DNA of 29,458 bases from a virus. Lineage: Duplodnaviria > Caudoviricetes. How positions within the stretch are numbered: the stretch's first letter is position 1; each line of letters opens with the position of its first letter. Shown here piece by piece: positions 15,907 to 24,668 of this stretch. The position numbers were made by a program, and so were the translations under genes. The stretch lies in IMG/VR virus record IMGVR_UViG_3300043756_000044, positions 1-29,458 of that record; one strand, written 5' to 3'. Below the pieces are notes generated by a model. That model searched no databases. It was given only the letters and a program-made list of their open reading frames with translations, and was not told where the DNA came from.

Positions 15907-17091
15907 TCAGGCAATGGCCGATGTCGCATCGATGTAGCGGATGCGGGATACGGGTGTGCCGCTACCGGGGGATGTACCGGGAGGCAATGTGACTGTATAA
16001 AGGAAGTTGTAACTGGCGAACCCGCCAATCATCCTCGAAGGATCGTAACCTGTTGGTTCTGTTAGCCTTCTGATCCAAACCTGCAGATTACGCCAGAGTC
16101 CTTCACCGATTTGCGTATGGTAACGAGAGCCAAAGCTGACTCCAATAATGCCGTCACGACCGACTATGTAAGTGCGCAGCGCCGTTCCTGTGCCACCGGC
16201 ATAGTTCGGTGTCTGTTTCACAAACGTCGATTGGAAGAAGGTAACGCCACCCCAATCGATCACCGGCACTCGATCACCATCCGGGCTTGGAAGTTCTTTC
16301 AACTCTTCCCAACCCATCGAATGACGCTTAACCACGTCAACGATACCGTTCACGGCCTGATCGGAGAGCAAATCACCAACTACGAACGGATGAATGATGC
16401 CGAAATAGTTGCCTTCCCAAAACGGCAGCACGTTCTGACCGGCGAGCGATTGCGCTGCCGCCGTGATATCCACGGTCGCCAGATGCGTTGTTGCATCTTT
16501 GGAAAGGATGTTGGTGAGCGGGTCCAGAGCAGACGCTGTATCTGCGGTGTTCTGGATGAGCATATTGCAGACCTGAGCCATGCGATATGCCATCTGCACA
16601 CCCAAGCCCTCCAGCGTGTCATCGATGGCGGTCCCGAGCGCGTAATCAGAGATGTTCGCGTAATCTCCGTACTGACCGAGCGTCGATGTATTCTGGATTA
16701 CCTGTACGGTCAATCCAGTCTGGATTGTGCCTTCAGGCGCTTGCGTGAGCGGCGGTGCTGGTAGGTTGACATACTCGAAGAGCATGATCTTGTTGCCAGC
16801 GTTTTCCTCGATCATGCGGCGTGAGGTTGCCCGAACCCACGCCATGTTCCCTTTCAGGTTCTCTACGAATACTTTGTCATACTTTGTGACTGTCGACTGC
16901 GGAAGATTGACGGTGAGGTTCGACGCTGGTGAGACACCAACCCCGAACGCGCCCCTCAATCGAGTGTTGCCGACATCGTGAGCAAACCATGCAATTTGCC
17001 CGCCGATGGCGGCAACGAACTCGATAAAGGGTATGACATACCTGCGGCAAAACGCCCGACCGCGTTCAGCGGCCACACTATTCGTGCGCAT
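15907..17091 (-). CDS. Major capsid protein (N4 gp56-like, HK97 fold)
   Basis: SPAS...KYDKVFVENL, EG...TLGQYGDYANISD and YFGIIHPFVVGDL motifs. Follows the scaffold; GGGAG RBS. Confidence 0.88.
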   Translation of the reverse strand: MRTNSVAAERGRAFCRRYVIPFIEFVAAIGGQIAWFAHDVGNTRLRGAFGVGVSPASNLTVNLPQSTVTKYDKVFVENLKGNMAWVRATSRRMIEENAGNKIMLFEYVNLPAPPLTQAPEGTIQTGLTVQVIQNTSTLGQYGDYANISDYALGTAIDDTLEGLGVQMAYRMAQVCNMLIQNTADTASALDPLTNILSKDATTHLATVDITAAAQSLAGQNVLPFWEGNYFGIIHPFVVGDLLSDQAVNGIVDVVKRHSMGWEELKELPSPDGDRVPVIDWGGVTFFQSTFVKQTPNYAGGTGTALRTYIVGRDGIIGVSFGSRYHTQIGEGLWRNLQVWIRRLTEPTGYDPSRMIGGFASYNFLYTVTLPPGTSPGSGTPVSRIRYIDATSAIA

Positions 17092-17192
17092 GTGATAACT
17101 CCCTTTTGAATTGGCGAGGGGTTAGTCCTCATGCGGGTCTTAACCGCTTCCTATGTCCCCGTCAGGGGAGTTGGTTGCCGCGTCTTAGACGG

Positions 17193-18002
17193 TCACCTCG
17201 GTAGGTTGTCGACCGCACGCCTGAATTGCGGATCACGACACCGTTCTTCGTACTCACTGCGAGACATCTTTTCAATCTCGGCCCATGTGATAAGCGGTTT
17301 AGGTTTCGGCGGGGGAGGCTTCATTCCGTTCGCATCACTCGAACGCAACCCCGAAGCACGCGCCACCGAGCGATGCTCCGATTCTCCGTTCGTCTGAGGC
17401 GGCGGCGGTGCTGGTGCCTGTTCCAGTACCCCGTCCTCCGTCAACTGTTCATAAACGATGTTGAGGTTGTTGCGCGTGAGATCATACCCGCGCCGGATAA
17501 TTTCGCCCTCAAGTGCCTGCCTGTTGTTTTCGCTGCGATAGTACTCCGGGTGTTCGGCGAGGAATGCAGCCACTTCGCCGTCATAGTATCGTTTCGCGTC
17601 CTCTTGCCCAATCTCGGTAATGCGTTGCGCAATTGCTGCAGGCGGTGCTCCCTGCCTCTTGGTCACGATCTCTTCCACGGTTTCTACGACCTGAGCAGGG
17701 TCGGTGATACTGCTGGAATAGCGTAGACGGTCAGCGGGGGTGATCTCTTGAGGTTCCATTTTTGGGGGCATGTCGCGGCCTCTGTCCGGCTTCATCAAGC
17801 GACCAAGCTGCCGGTTCGCTTCCACCTGCGCCCTCGCCATTTTTTCGTTAACCTCAAGCATGGATTTCCCTTTAAACGTCGAAACCCTCGTGTTGCCCTT
17901 TCCTACGATCTCCAGTGTGTATTCGCCATTCTCATCGGGGATCACTTCAATGATGTTCCCGGTTTCGTCTGTGCGCGTTTCATTCAGCCATCTACGTTCC
18001 AT
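17193..18002 (-). CDS. Capsid scaffolding protein (269 aa)
   Basis: Charged helical protein with a Pro-rich linker and C-terminal EIEKMSRSEYEER helix. Immediately upstream of the capsid; GAGGAG RBS. Confidence 0.75.
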   Translation of the reverse strand: MERRWLNETRTDETGNIIEVIPDENGEYTLEIVGKGNTRVSTFKGKSMLEVNEKMARAQVEANRQLGRLMKPDRGRDMPPKMEPQEITPADRLRYSSSITDPAQVVETVEEIVTKRQGAPPAAIAQRITEIGQEDAKRYYDGEVAAFLAEHPEYYRSENNRQALEGEIIRRGYDLTRNNLNIVYEQLTEDGVLEQAPAPPPPQTNGESEHRSVARASGLRSSDANGMKPPPPKPKPLITWAEIEKMSRSEYEERCRDPQFRRAVDNLPR

Positions 18003-18027
18003 TTAAAGCTCCTCATGTGCCGGAGCA

Positions 18028-18402
18028 TTATTGCGTCTGAAGATCGACGGTTGGGTTAAGTATGTTTTCTCGTTCTCTCTCTTCGTCAGAAAAAATAACG
18101 CCCTCGGGTTGGGTAGCAACACCTGCCAAGTAAGTATTCAGACATTCATCGACCTTTCTCTGCATATGCATAAACACCTGCCATGCCGCCTTCGACATCT
18201 TGTGATTCGCCAACACTTTTTGTTCCTGTTCGGCATCCGTGTTTATCAACTCGGTTTCCGTTTCGATACAGACCTGTTCCATCACGTCCAGCAAATCCTG
18301 CCATGTCTCGGACAAGCGTAGCGAGTAGAGCCGCGCAACGGCGTTCGGCGTCAGCTTTGCCGTGACTCCGAAACGCCGTTCTGTGCGCGGTTCGCTGTTC
18401 AT
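18028..18402 (-). CDS. Small helical protein between portal and scaffold (124 aa)
   Basis: Helical, with a WQDLLDVME motif. Occupies the usual post-portal slot. Confidence 0.75.
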   Translation of the reverse strand: MNSEPRTERRFGVTAKLTPNAVARLYSLRLSETWQDLLDVMEQVCIETETELINTDAEQEQKVLANHKMSKAAWQVFMHMQRKVDECLNTYLAGVATQPEGVIFSDEERERENILNPTVDLQTQ

Positions 18403-18405
18403 GGT

Positions 18406-18573
18406 TTAGTAGCCTCGCCCGCCTTTGTCTTTTTCTCCGGGCTTTTGCTCTCCGGGCTTATGCTCTTCGGGCTTATGCTCTTCGGGCTTATGCTCTTCAC
18501 CTTGCTTTTTAGCGGGGTCTTGCTTTGGGTCATGCGGTTGCTGTTGGCCTGTTTTCTCTTGTTCGGCATTCAT
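18406..18573 (-). CDS. 55-aa low-complexity peptide with (E/G)E(H/Q)KP repeats (not in ORF track)
   Basis: GAGG RBS. MNAEQEKTGQQQPHDPKQDPAKKQGEEHKPEEHKPEEHKPGEQKPGEKDKGGRGY. Fills the gap exactly. Confidence 0.65.
   Translation of the reverse strand: MNAEQEKTGQQQPHDPKQDPAKKQGEEHKPEEHKPEEHKPGEQKPGEKDKGGRGY
18435..18498. repeat. 15-bp tandem repeat, about 4.3 copies
   Basis: ctccgggcttttgct, ctccgggcttatgct, cttcgggcttatgct, cttcgggcttatgct, cttc. Confidence 0.9.
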
Positions 18574-18580
18574 AGTTACC

Positions 18581-18946
18581 TCATGCGAAACCGATAGGTT
18601 GGTCTGTCATTTCGTGTACGCCGGATAGCTCCGTCGCGTATTTCTGCATCTCTTGAATCGTGCCGATATGGGCCGCTTTGAGCATGTAGCCCTTGGCATA
18701 GCAATACTCGCCGAGCGGGGTGATACGGACGAAGTATCGGCCCCTGTCACCTAGCTCGGTTTTTGTCAGGTTCTCAATCAAGCCACGGTCTGCCAGCGGC
18801 GTTACGATCTCCGCGAGCGTCATGTCGTCGCCCTCATCGTGCAGCGCTCCGATACCGATTCCGCCGAACGCGTCTTTAACCTTCTGCGCAATGAGCACGG
18901 CGAGCGCCTGATTGTGCCGGGGCATGATCTTAATGAAGTGTTCCAT
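18581..18946 (-). CDS. Hypothetical protein, possibly winged-helix-like (121 aa)
   Basis: LADRGLIE...YFVRITPLG resembles a wHTH wing. GAGG RBS. Confidence 0.6.
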   Translation of the reverse strand: MEHFIKIMPRHNQALAVLIAQKVKDAFGGIGIGALHDEGDDMTLAEIVTPLADRGLIENLTKTELGDRGRYFVRITPLGEYCYAKGYMLKAAHIGTIQEMQKYATELSGVHEMTDQPIGFA

Positions 18947-19694
18947 CGGCTACCTCTCTTGACTTCATATATTTCCGATACGCCGATATTGCTTCTCGTT
19001 TCGTAGTGAAAGCACCAATGTGAATATGGCGCTTTTTCCCGTCAACTCTGAATGACGTTACGGCTCTCCATTTTTGGGCTGCTTTATGCCATGAAATCCC
19101 TCTATGCCCACTGGTGTTCTGTTTCGATAGTGGTTTGGTTGGTCTATAACGGGGGTTTTGTTCAGCTTTTGATTTTGCTTCCTGATAAGCCTCATTCGCA
19201 GCTTCTGCTGTATCGAACACGCCGAGAGAATAAGTTCTGCCGCGAATTACTATGCGCGAAGCCCACTGTTCATCTTTCCAGCGAATGACATTCTCATAGC
19301 CAGTGGTATTACGGACTGATAGCGGACGTGTGAATTCTGATGGTGGTGTGTATTCGATCACTGCCGGGGCATTTGAACGATCTACACTGTTCAATCGATT
19401 GCGTAGATTTTCTGAAAACGTTAACTGTCTTAAATTGCATCGACGATTATCGAGCGTATCGCCGTTCCAATGGTCCCCTACTTTACCTTTTTCTGTGTCC
19501 AGAATCAGGTTGTGCATTCCGAGCAGGATGATCTTTCCTTCATCAAGACGCACACGTCGCTTTGCATAGTAGATATTTGTCTTGGCACTATTCCGCGCTG
19601 CAATCCAGCGCCATTGCATGAGCCAGTCGTAATCGGCTTCATCGACAATGGCGAATTGGCCTTGCGTTAACGGAATGAGGCGATAATCACTCAA
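18930..19694 (-). CDS. HNH homing endonuclease with two AP2 DNA-binding domains
   Basis: IPLTQGQFAIVD N-terminus, DHWNGDTLDNRRCNLR HNH motif, and two NTS/TGxxxV/I...W...GxFxT AP2 repeats. Visibly more AT-rich than its flanks. Confidence 0.9.
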   Translation of the reverse strand: MSDYRLIPLTQGQFAIVDEADYDWLMQWRWIAARNSAKTNIYYAKRRVRLDEGKIILLGMHNLILDTEKGKVGDHWNGDTLDNRRCNLRQLTFSENLRNRLNSVDRSNAPAVIEYTPPSEFTRPLSVRNTTGYENVIRWKDEQWASRIVIRGRTYSLGVFDTAEAANEAYQEAKSKAEQNPRYRPTKPLSKQNTSGHRGISWHKAAQKWRAVTSFRVDGKKRHIHIGAFTTKREAISAYRKYMKSREVADGTLH

Positions 19695-19696
19695 CT

Positions 19697-21817
19697 CTAG
19701 GTTCCTCCAAAGAACTGACTTTGCTGCATAGTTTGGGTATCGGACATACGCTGCGCAATAGCGGCAGCGCGATTCAGCGGAGATTCGACTAGGTGTCCAC
19801 CCTGTTGCTTCAATGCCTGTGTTGCTATCCTTCCTTCGATCTTCTGGTTCTCAAGGCGCATCTGGTCCTGCACCTTTTGCTCCTGCATCTGCTGTTCCTG
19901 TTGCATCTGCATTTGCGCGGCTTGATTCATCTGCTGTTTCTCCTCATCGGTCATCGGCACGATGAGGTCGCGCTTATTCTGCCACCCACTAACATCCATT
20001 AGCATACTACACACTTCTAACACATTAACCTTCCATCCTGTCTGACTCAGTTGCTGCACCAGCGCCTGATTGCCGAATATTTCGAGCAGGAAGGGAAGCG
20101 ATTGCGCCATGCGAGCGCGGGCGGCGAGCCGCGTACCGGCAAGCGTGTCGAATTCCAGCTTGGCATTCAGGAAACTATAGAAATCCACCAGAATTGGTTC
20201 TGCCAGTTGCGCGAGCAGCGCCCGAATCTCGGCAACCGTCATGGATTGCGGCACGATATCCCATAGGAAGTCGAGGAAGGGAAGCAGAACACCGTCGATA
20301 AGGCGCTCTATAGGCGCTTGGAGGCGTCCCTGCGCTCCAGCCTGTATCATGCCCGCCCCGGTCCCCGAACGCCCTATAGACGATCCTCGCGGCGGCAATG
20401 CCCCTTGTATGGAAGCCATGTCCGCGCCCACCGTCGCGTCAGCGGTCATATTCGACACCTGCAGCACCCGCCACGCGTCAGCGGGAACCACCGGCTGCGG
20501 TACAAGCGAGATGGCGCGGGTGGCATCGTTGCCGTCCACCAGACGGATTCCGCCGAGCCTGCGGCGTTGCTCCTGTGTCGGCACGTTCGCTCCCCGCGCT
20601 ATGGCGTACTCGGGCTGGACGGCGAATGCGATAAGGTCAAGGGCCGCGTTCGTGATCCCCTGATCGATTCGTTGGTCGCTTCCGGCGACCCTTCCGCAGC
20701 CTAGTCCTATGGGGCTGTTCTCTATGTTCCAGAAATTCGCGCTGAGGAAGGGAATGCGACCAAGATTGTGCCGTCCGTTGCGAATCACAACCTTTTGCTG
20801 CAGGACGGCGCGAACATGACCCTCCGACCACCATTCCAGAATCTGCATCGGCTGTTCTAGCGGGTCGATGGTCCATTCCGTGTCGGGTCGCTCGGCATGA
20901 AATACCTGCGGGTTGGCTTGCATTGTAGCCGCCACCATGTTCGTACCTTCAGTCTGTTCTGTTTCAGACATGAAGATGAATCGCAAAGTTTCATCGTCAG
21001 GAATGTCATAATCTGGATTTTGTCGGAGTTTTTTGAGGTCATCGTAGTTGACATAGAACTCCTGTACTACCCAACCCGCCTTGTGCATCTGGTTCGGCGC
21101 GTTCCATTTTGGATTCCAGAAAACGGTCCCTAATTCGCACTTCTCAAAGATCGGTTTCTTCTTTACAACCTCGCGTTCGATGCGCTCAAACTCATCGCTT
21201 TCCTTGGTGAACACCAGCACCGGGGGACCACCAAGCGGGAGATCGATGCGCTGTGGAGCGGCTTTTCGTTCGTAGCGCACTTCCTTTTCGGTGTACTCCT
21301 CCCACCCGATTTTGAAGATCACGGTCCCCTGATTCACCATGCCTTCAATGCCGTAAGAGAACTCCTGTTTGAAATCGCAGAGGTCGAGCATGATTCCGAG
21401 CAGCGCCTTCCACGCCCGCGCTGCATCGCTGTGCGTGCGCGGTCGCGGGTTCACTTCAAACGGAATCGGCTCAGAAAAAATCGCGCTTGCTAGGGCAGGC
21501 GCGATGGAATTTACTTGCTTGGCGAGATTAAACCTTGAAACGTTCGATCTCGTTATGTTCGATCCTTCGAACACCGATTGTGTTCGCGGCGATTGGTAGA
21601 GCGTATCGGATTCGCGCCAGTGCAGAACCCATAAACGATCACTCAACCACGCGGCGGAACGCTGGTAATCGCGGATGACAATCGACAACACAGACTCATC
21701 CGTGTACTTGGGGTCGGGTACAGGGGTAGCGGGAGTCGATACGTCCTCGGGGTATACAGGACGGCTCCACGCTCCACCCGTAGTCACGAGAGGCGAGACT
21801 GAGGATGGCGCTGCCAT
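19697..21817 (-). CDS. Portal protein (706 aa)
   Basis: Size and position after the terminase. GTVIFKIGW, IPF...PIGLG, D.TVGA...QG and RSGTGA motifs and a Gln-rich C-terminal tail, as in podoviral portals. Confidence 0.88.
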   Translation of the reverse strand: MAAPSSVSPLVTTGGAWSRPVYPEDVSTPATPVPDPKYTDESVLSIVIRDYQRSAAWLSDRLWVLHWRESDTLYQSPRTQSVFEGSNITRSNVSRFNLAKQVNSIAPALASAIFSEPIPFEVNPRPRTHSDAARAWKALLGIMLDLCDFKQEFSYGIEGMVNQGTVIFKIGWEEYTEKEVRYERKAAPQRIDLPLGGPPVLVFTKESDEFERIEREVVKKKPIFEKCELGTVFWNPKWNAPNQMHKAGWVVQEFYVNYDDLKKLRQNPDYDIPDDETLRFIFMSETEQTEGTNMVAATMQANPQVFHAERPDTEWTIDPLEQPMQILEWWSEGHVRAVLQQKVVIRNGRHNLGRIPFLSANFWNIENSPIGLGCGRVAGSDQRIDQGITNAALDLIAFAVQPEYAIARGANVPTQEQRRRLGGIRLVDGNDATRAISLVPQPVVPADAWRVLQVSNMTADATVGADMASIQGALPPRGSSIGRSGTGAGMIQAGAQGRLQAPIERLIDGVLLPFLDFLWDIVPQSMTVAEIRALLAQLAEPILVDFYSFLNAKLEFDTLAGTRLAARARMAQSLPFLLEIFGNQALVQQLSQTGWKVNVLEVCSMLMDVSGWQNKRDLIVPMTDEEKQQMNQAAQMQMQQEQQMQEQKVQDQMRLENQKIEGRIATQALKQQGGHLVESPLNRAAAIAQRMSDTQTMQQSQFFGGT

Positions 21818-21891
21818 ATGGGGAGATGTATGGCGGGTTTAGGCCGCGCAAAACGTGAGAGATACCCCGAACCCGTATCCCTGTTGATGCG

Positions 21892-21920
21892 TTGAACTTT
21901 ACGCCCGTTTCTTTTAGCCT
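21892..21920 (+). promoter_or_regulatory. Sigma70-type promoter for a leaderless antisense gene
   Basis: TTGAAC-N17-TAGCCT, with GTG start 6 nt after the -10. Confidence 0.6.
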
Positions 21921-21926
21921 GCAAGC

Positions 21927-22268
21927 GTGAAAGAAGAAATAATTGATCGCATAGAACGGATGGCCGCACTGGTCGAAGAAGAACAGGGCAGGCCGGTTCG
22001 CTGGTGGTATCTCAGTTTTGCCACCGAAGAAAGCGCTAAAGCTGTCATGGTGAAAGCGTGTGGATTCGCTACCGCCTACATGACCTGCAATTTTTTGGGA
22101 ATCAATCCGGGCGGGCAAGTGATGGGGTTGGAGATTCCCGATGAGATGGCACCGTCCGCGAAGTACATCTACCGCGTGCTCACCAAACAAGAGGTCGAGG
22201 AATGCTGGAATGAGCCGGTCATATCGCTCAGGGAGTTGCGGAAGATGACAGAGAGCGAGCCGAATTGA
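21927..22268 (+). CDS. Hypothetical moron-like protein (113 aa), opposite strand between terL and portal
   Basis: Occupies a gap free of minus-strand genes and has its own promoter. WWYLSFA...LGINPGGQV motif. Confidence 0.75.
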   Translation: MKEEIIDRIERMAALVEEEQGRPVRWWYLSFATEESAKAVMVKACGFATAYMTCNFLGINPGGQVMGLEIPDEMAPSAKYIYRVLTKQEVEECWNEPVISLRELRKMTESEPN

Positions 22269-22296
22269 ACTTTTCAAAAAATCTTGAAAATCAAAC

Positions 22297-22326
22297 AAAA
22301 AAAAGACCCCACTGCCCTGAGGTCTT
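22297..22326 (-). terminator. Intrinsic terminator after terL
   Basis: Minus strand AAGACCTCA-GGGCAG-TGGGGTCTT followed by a T run. Confidence 0.75.
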
Positions 22327-22377
22327 GAGAAAGCAAGCAAAGATCGATTCAGTTTAGTCCACGGGTAAATTCCAGTG

Positions 22378-24216
22378 TCAGTATTCCAGTCCGGGTATCT
22401 GAATTTCAAGTCCGTTTGAACCTACCTTCAAATCTTCGATCTCCGGTTCCGGCTCTTCCTCCGGTTCCGGCTCTGGTGGAGCGTAGGGCGGGCGGTTGTA
22501 AACCAGATTGTAGTGATCCCGCTCGCGCATCATCTGCCACGCCAGTTCGTCAGCACGATCATGCGTGTGGTGACTCGCAGGCAGCGAATCGGCAATGTAG
22601 CTGATCACTTCCGGCAGTCCGGTTTCATCGATCATGCCGTACTCCATGAACCCCGTGATGAGCGGCTTGGTTTTCACCCCAGTGGAAAACAAGAGCCGCC
22701 CCGAAGCTATAGCCGCTTCCACGCTGCGAATGTGCGTGTCACGGAGTCCCGCGTCTTCCTCAAAGGGAATCCACGTAATGTTTATTTCCCATCCCGAATT
22801 GAGCGCATAATCCCTGATTGCCGGATCGAAGCTGATGGCCCCCGGCGATTCGATGATAGATACGCTGTGCGTTCCATACTTCCGCGCCAGATCATGTACC
22901 ACGCGAGCGATACCGGACGGCTTATGATGACCCTGAAGTACGTCCACGATAAAAACACGATCTCGGTGCAGTAAACCCACCGCACCAGATGTCTTTTGCC
23001 ATTTAAGCGACCTGCAGGGAAGTCGAAACACCAGCTTTGGAGTACCTTCCAAGGGTACTTTCGTCTCATCCACCATCGCGCCAATGATCTCCCCTTCGTC
23101 GAAGACAATTTCTTCGGCTCCGTAGGTGTCCAGCATGTATTGCGACATGAAACTTTGATAGTCAGCTTCATACTCTTCCCTCAGAAAGTCGTAATTGAGA
23201 ATGCTCGGGAACAGTAGCTCAATCTCTTCCTCTGCAGGGAATCCGTTGGCGTCGAGGCGCATTCCACTGAGCAGGCGCATCGCCGGTTTGTATACGCGGT
23301 CGTAGCTGCCGGGGCGGGCCGTCAGCGTCTCATCGTTGAAGATGTCATGGACGCCATATGGCGTTCCAATCTTCAGTTCGATGCCCGTAGGCTTGAGAAT
23401 TTTGCGCACCAGCTTGTATGCCTTGGTGATGCGCTCGCGGGCTTGGTAGGTGTTGCTGTTGCGATTGGTGTGGATGTCATCGATGATGAGGATGTCCGGG
23501 TGCCATCCGGTCGTTGCGGATTCGACCGAATTGCCCCATATCAGCGGTTCGATGATCTCCGGTTCTACCTGCCGGATGGCTGCGGTGAACTGCCCGCTGC
23601 TGGTACGGGAAGCCGTCACACACAGTTCAGGAAAGAGCGCCTGAAACAGAGTAGGACCGCGTTGCGTGAGCCGCTGTGTGAAGAAGCTAGCCACCTCATC
23701 CACGAACGCAAACGCGAGTTCCTTGGAACCAGACAGAATGAGAATGGCAATGGTTTCGTAGTAGTGCAGGATGAGCATGACGCAGAACGCAAGATCGATG
23801 GTCGTCTTGTAGGTGTTGCGCGGATAAATTAGCGAGCGACGACGCTTCAAACCGATGGCGATTTCTTCGACCATCTTGTTATCGCCGTCGATCTCGGGGA
23901 AGAACGCCAGCGCTTCGCGATGCACATCCTCGGTGATGAGACAGTAGCCGAGCACGTAGCAGAGCGCGAGCAGGTTGGTTTTGCAGACGCGCCTGCCTTC
24001 CTCTTTGAGCCGGTTGTCCACCAGCACCATCGCGGTCAGTTCATCGCGCCATACCTTGTTATCGCAGCGCGGAGCGCCTTCCACGCGCAGCCTGCGCCAA
24101 TCGAAGTGCTGTGTTGAGGGGACCGGCTCTTTTCTTGGGGGGAGACGTTGCAGCGTTGGCTTGCGCGGTTTGCGCGGCGTGCTTGCTTCCATCAAACTGC
24201 CTTCCACGAGGGGCAT
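22378..24216 (-). CDS. terL: Large terminase subunit (ATPase intact, nuclease site degenerate)
   Basis: Walker A-like YPRNTYKTT, Walker B GWHPDILIIDD, coupling motif IGTPY and FMSQYM linker. GGAGG RBS before ATG 24216. Confidence 0.85.
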   Translation of the reverse strand: MPLVEGSLMEASTPRKPRKPTLQRLPPRKEPVPSTQHFDWRRLRVEGAPRCDNKVWRDELTAMVLVDNRLKEEGRRVCKTNLLALCYVLGYCLITEDVHREALAFFPEIDGDNKMVEEIAIGLKRRRSLIYPRNTYKTTIDLAFCVMLILHYYETIAILILSGSKELAFAFVDEVASFFTQRLTQRGPTLFQALFPELCVTASRTSSGQFTAAIRQVEPEIIEPLIWGNSVESATTGWHPDILIIDDIHTNRNSNTYQARERITKAYKLVRKILKPTGIELKIGTPYGVHDIFNDETLTARPGSYDRVYKPAMRLLSGMRLDANGFPAEEEIELLFPSILNYDFLREEYEADYQSFMSQYMLDTYGAEEIVFDEGEIIGAMVDETKVPLEGTPKLVFRLPCRSLKWQKTSGAVGLLHRDRVFIVDVLQGHHKPSGIARVVHDLARKYGTHSVSIIESPGAISFDPAIRDYALNSGWEINITWIPFEEDAGLRDTHIRSVEAAIASGRLLFSTGVKTKPLITGFMEYGMIDETGLPEVISYIADSLPASHHTHDRADELAWQMMRERDHYNLVYNRPPYAPPEPEPEEEPEPEIEDLKVGSNGLEIQIPGLEY

Positions 24217-24317
24217 TTGATTCCTCCAAAGCACGGGGGGCGAGTCGTCACTATCGCCCCCACCTGAATCACCGCCCTGCTCTCACCTTTAGGGTTCCAA
24301 ACGAGGGGGCGAGTCAT

Positions 24318-24575
24318 TCAGCTTTTGAGAAGATTACGGCCTTCGCGCTCAAACCACGCTGCCGCTTCTTCCTTAGTCCCGTCGAACTCTCCACTCATCG
24401 CACGTTCGGCCATTTTATGTAGTCCGAACATTCGGCAGTCGCGGATGAGGTCTAACGCTGGTGTTGCGCTCTCGCTCTCGTAATCATCGTATTGACCATC
24501 TTTAGCCAATCCAATCATTGCCAAAGGCGCGTTTTCCTCGATAAGCGCTTCGGTGAGTCGATCTTTCGTTTTCAT
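24318..24575 (-). CDS. Hypothetical protein (85 aa)
   Basis: AAGGGA RBS. GQYDDYES and GEFDGTKEE internal pseudo-repeat. Confidence 0.75.
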   Translation of the reverse strand: MKTKDRLTEALIEENAPLAMIGLAKDGQYDDYESESATPALDLIRDCRMFGLHKMAERAMSGEFDGTKEEAAAWFEREGRNLLKS

Positions 24576-24668
24576 TCTTTCCCTTTTTATTCAGCTTTCA
24601 GACGACCGGCATTCCTAATCCCACACTCGGTCAATTTTTGTGGAGTTGGATTCAATGAAGCGCGGTCG

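Noticed and set aside
18435-18498. Tandem repeat considered as a CRISPR array
   Set aside because: 15-bp units without spacers, in frame within a small ORF, and no cas genes.
21696-22409. 237-aa minus-strand ORF between terL and portal
   Set aside because: It crosses a clear terminator and overlaps both neighbours. The plus-strand 113-aa gene has better signals.
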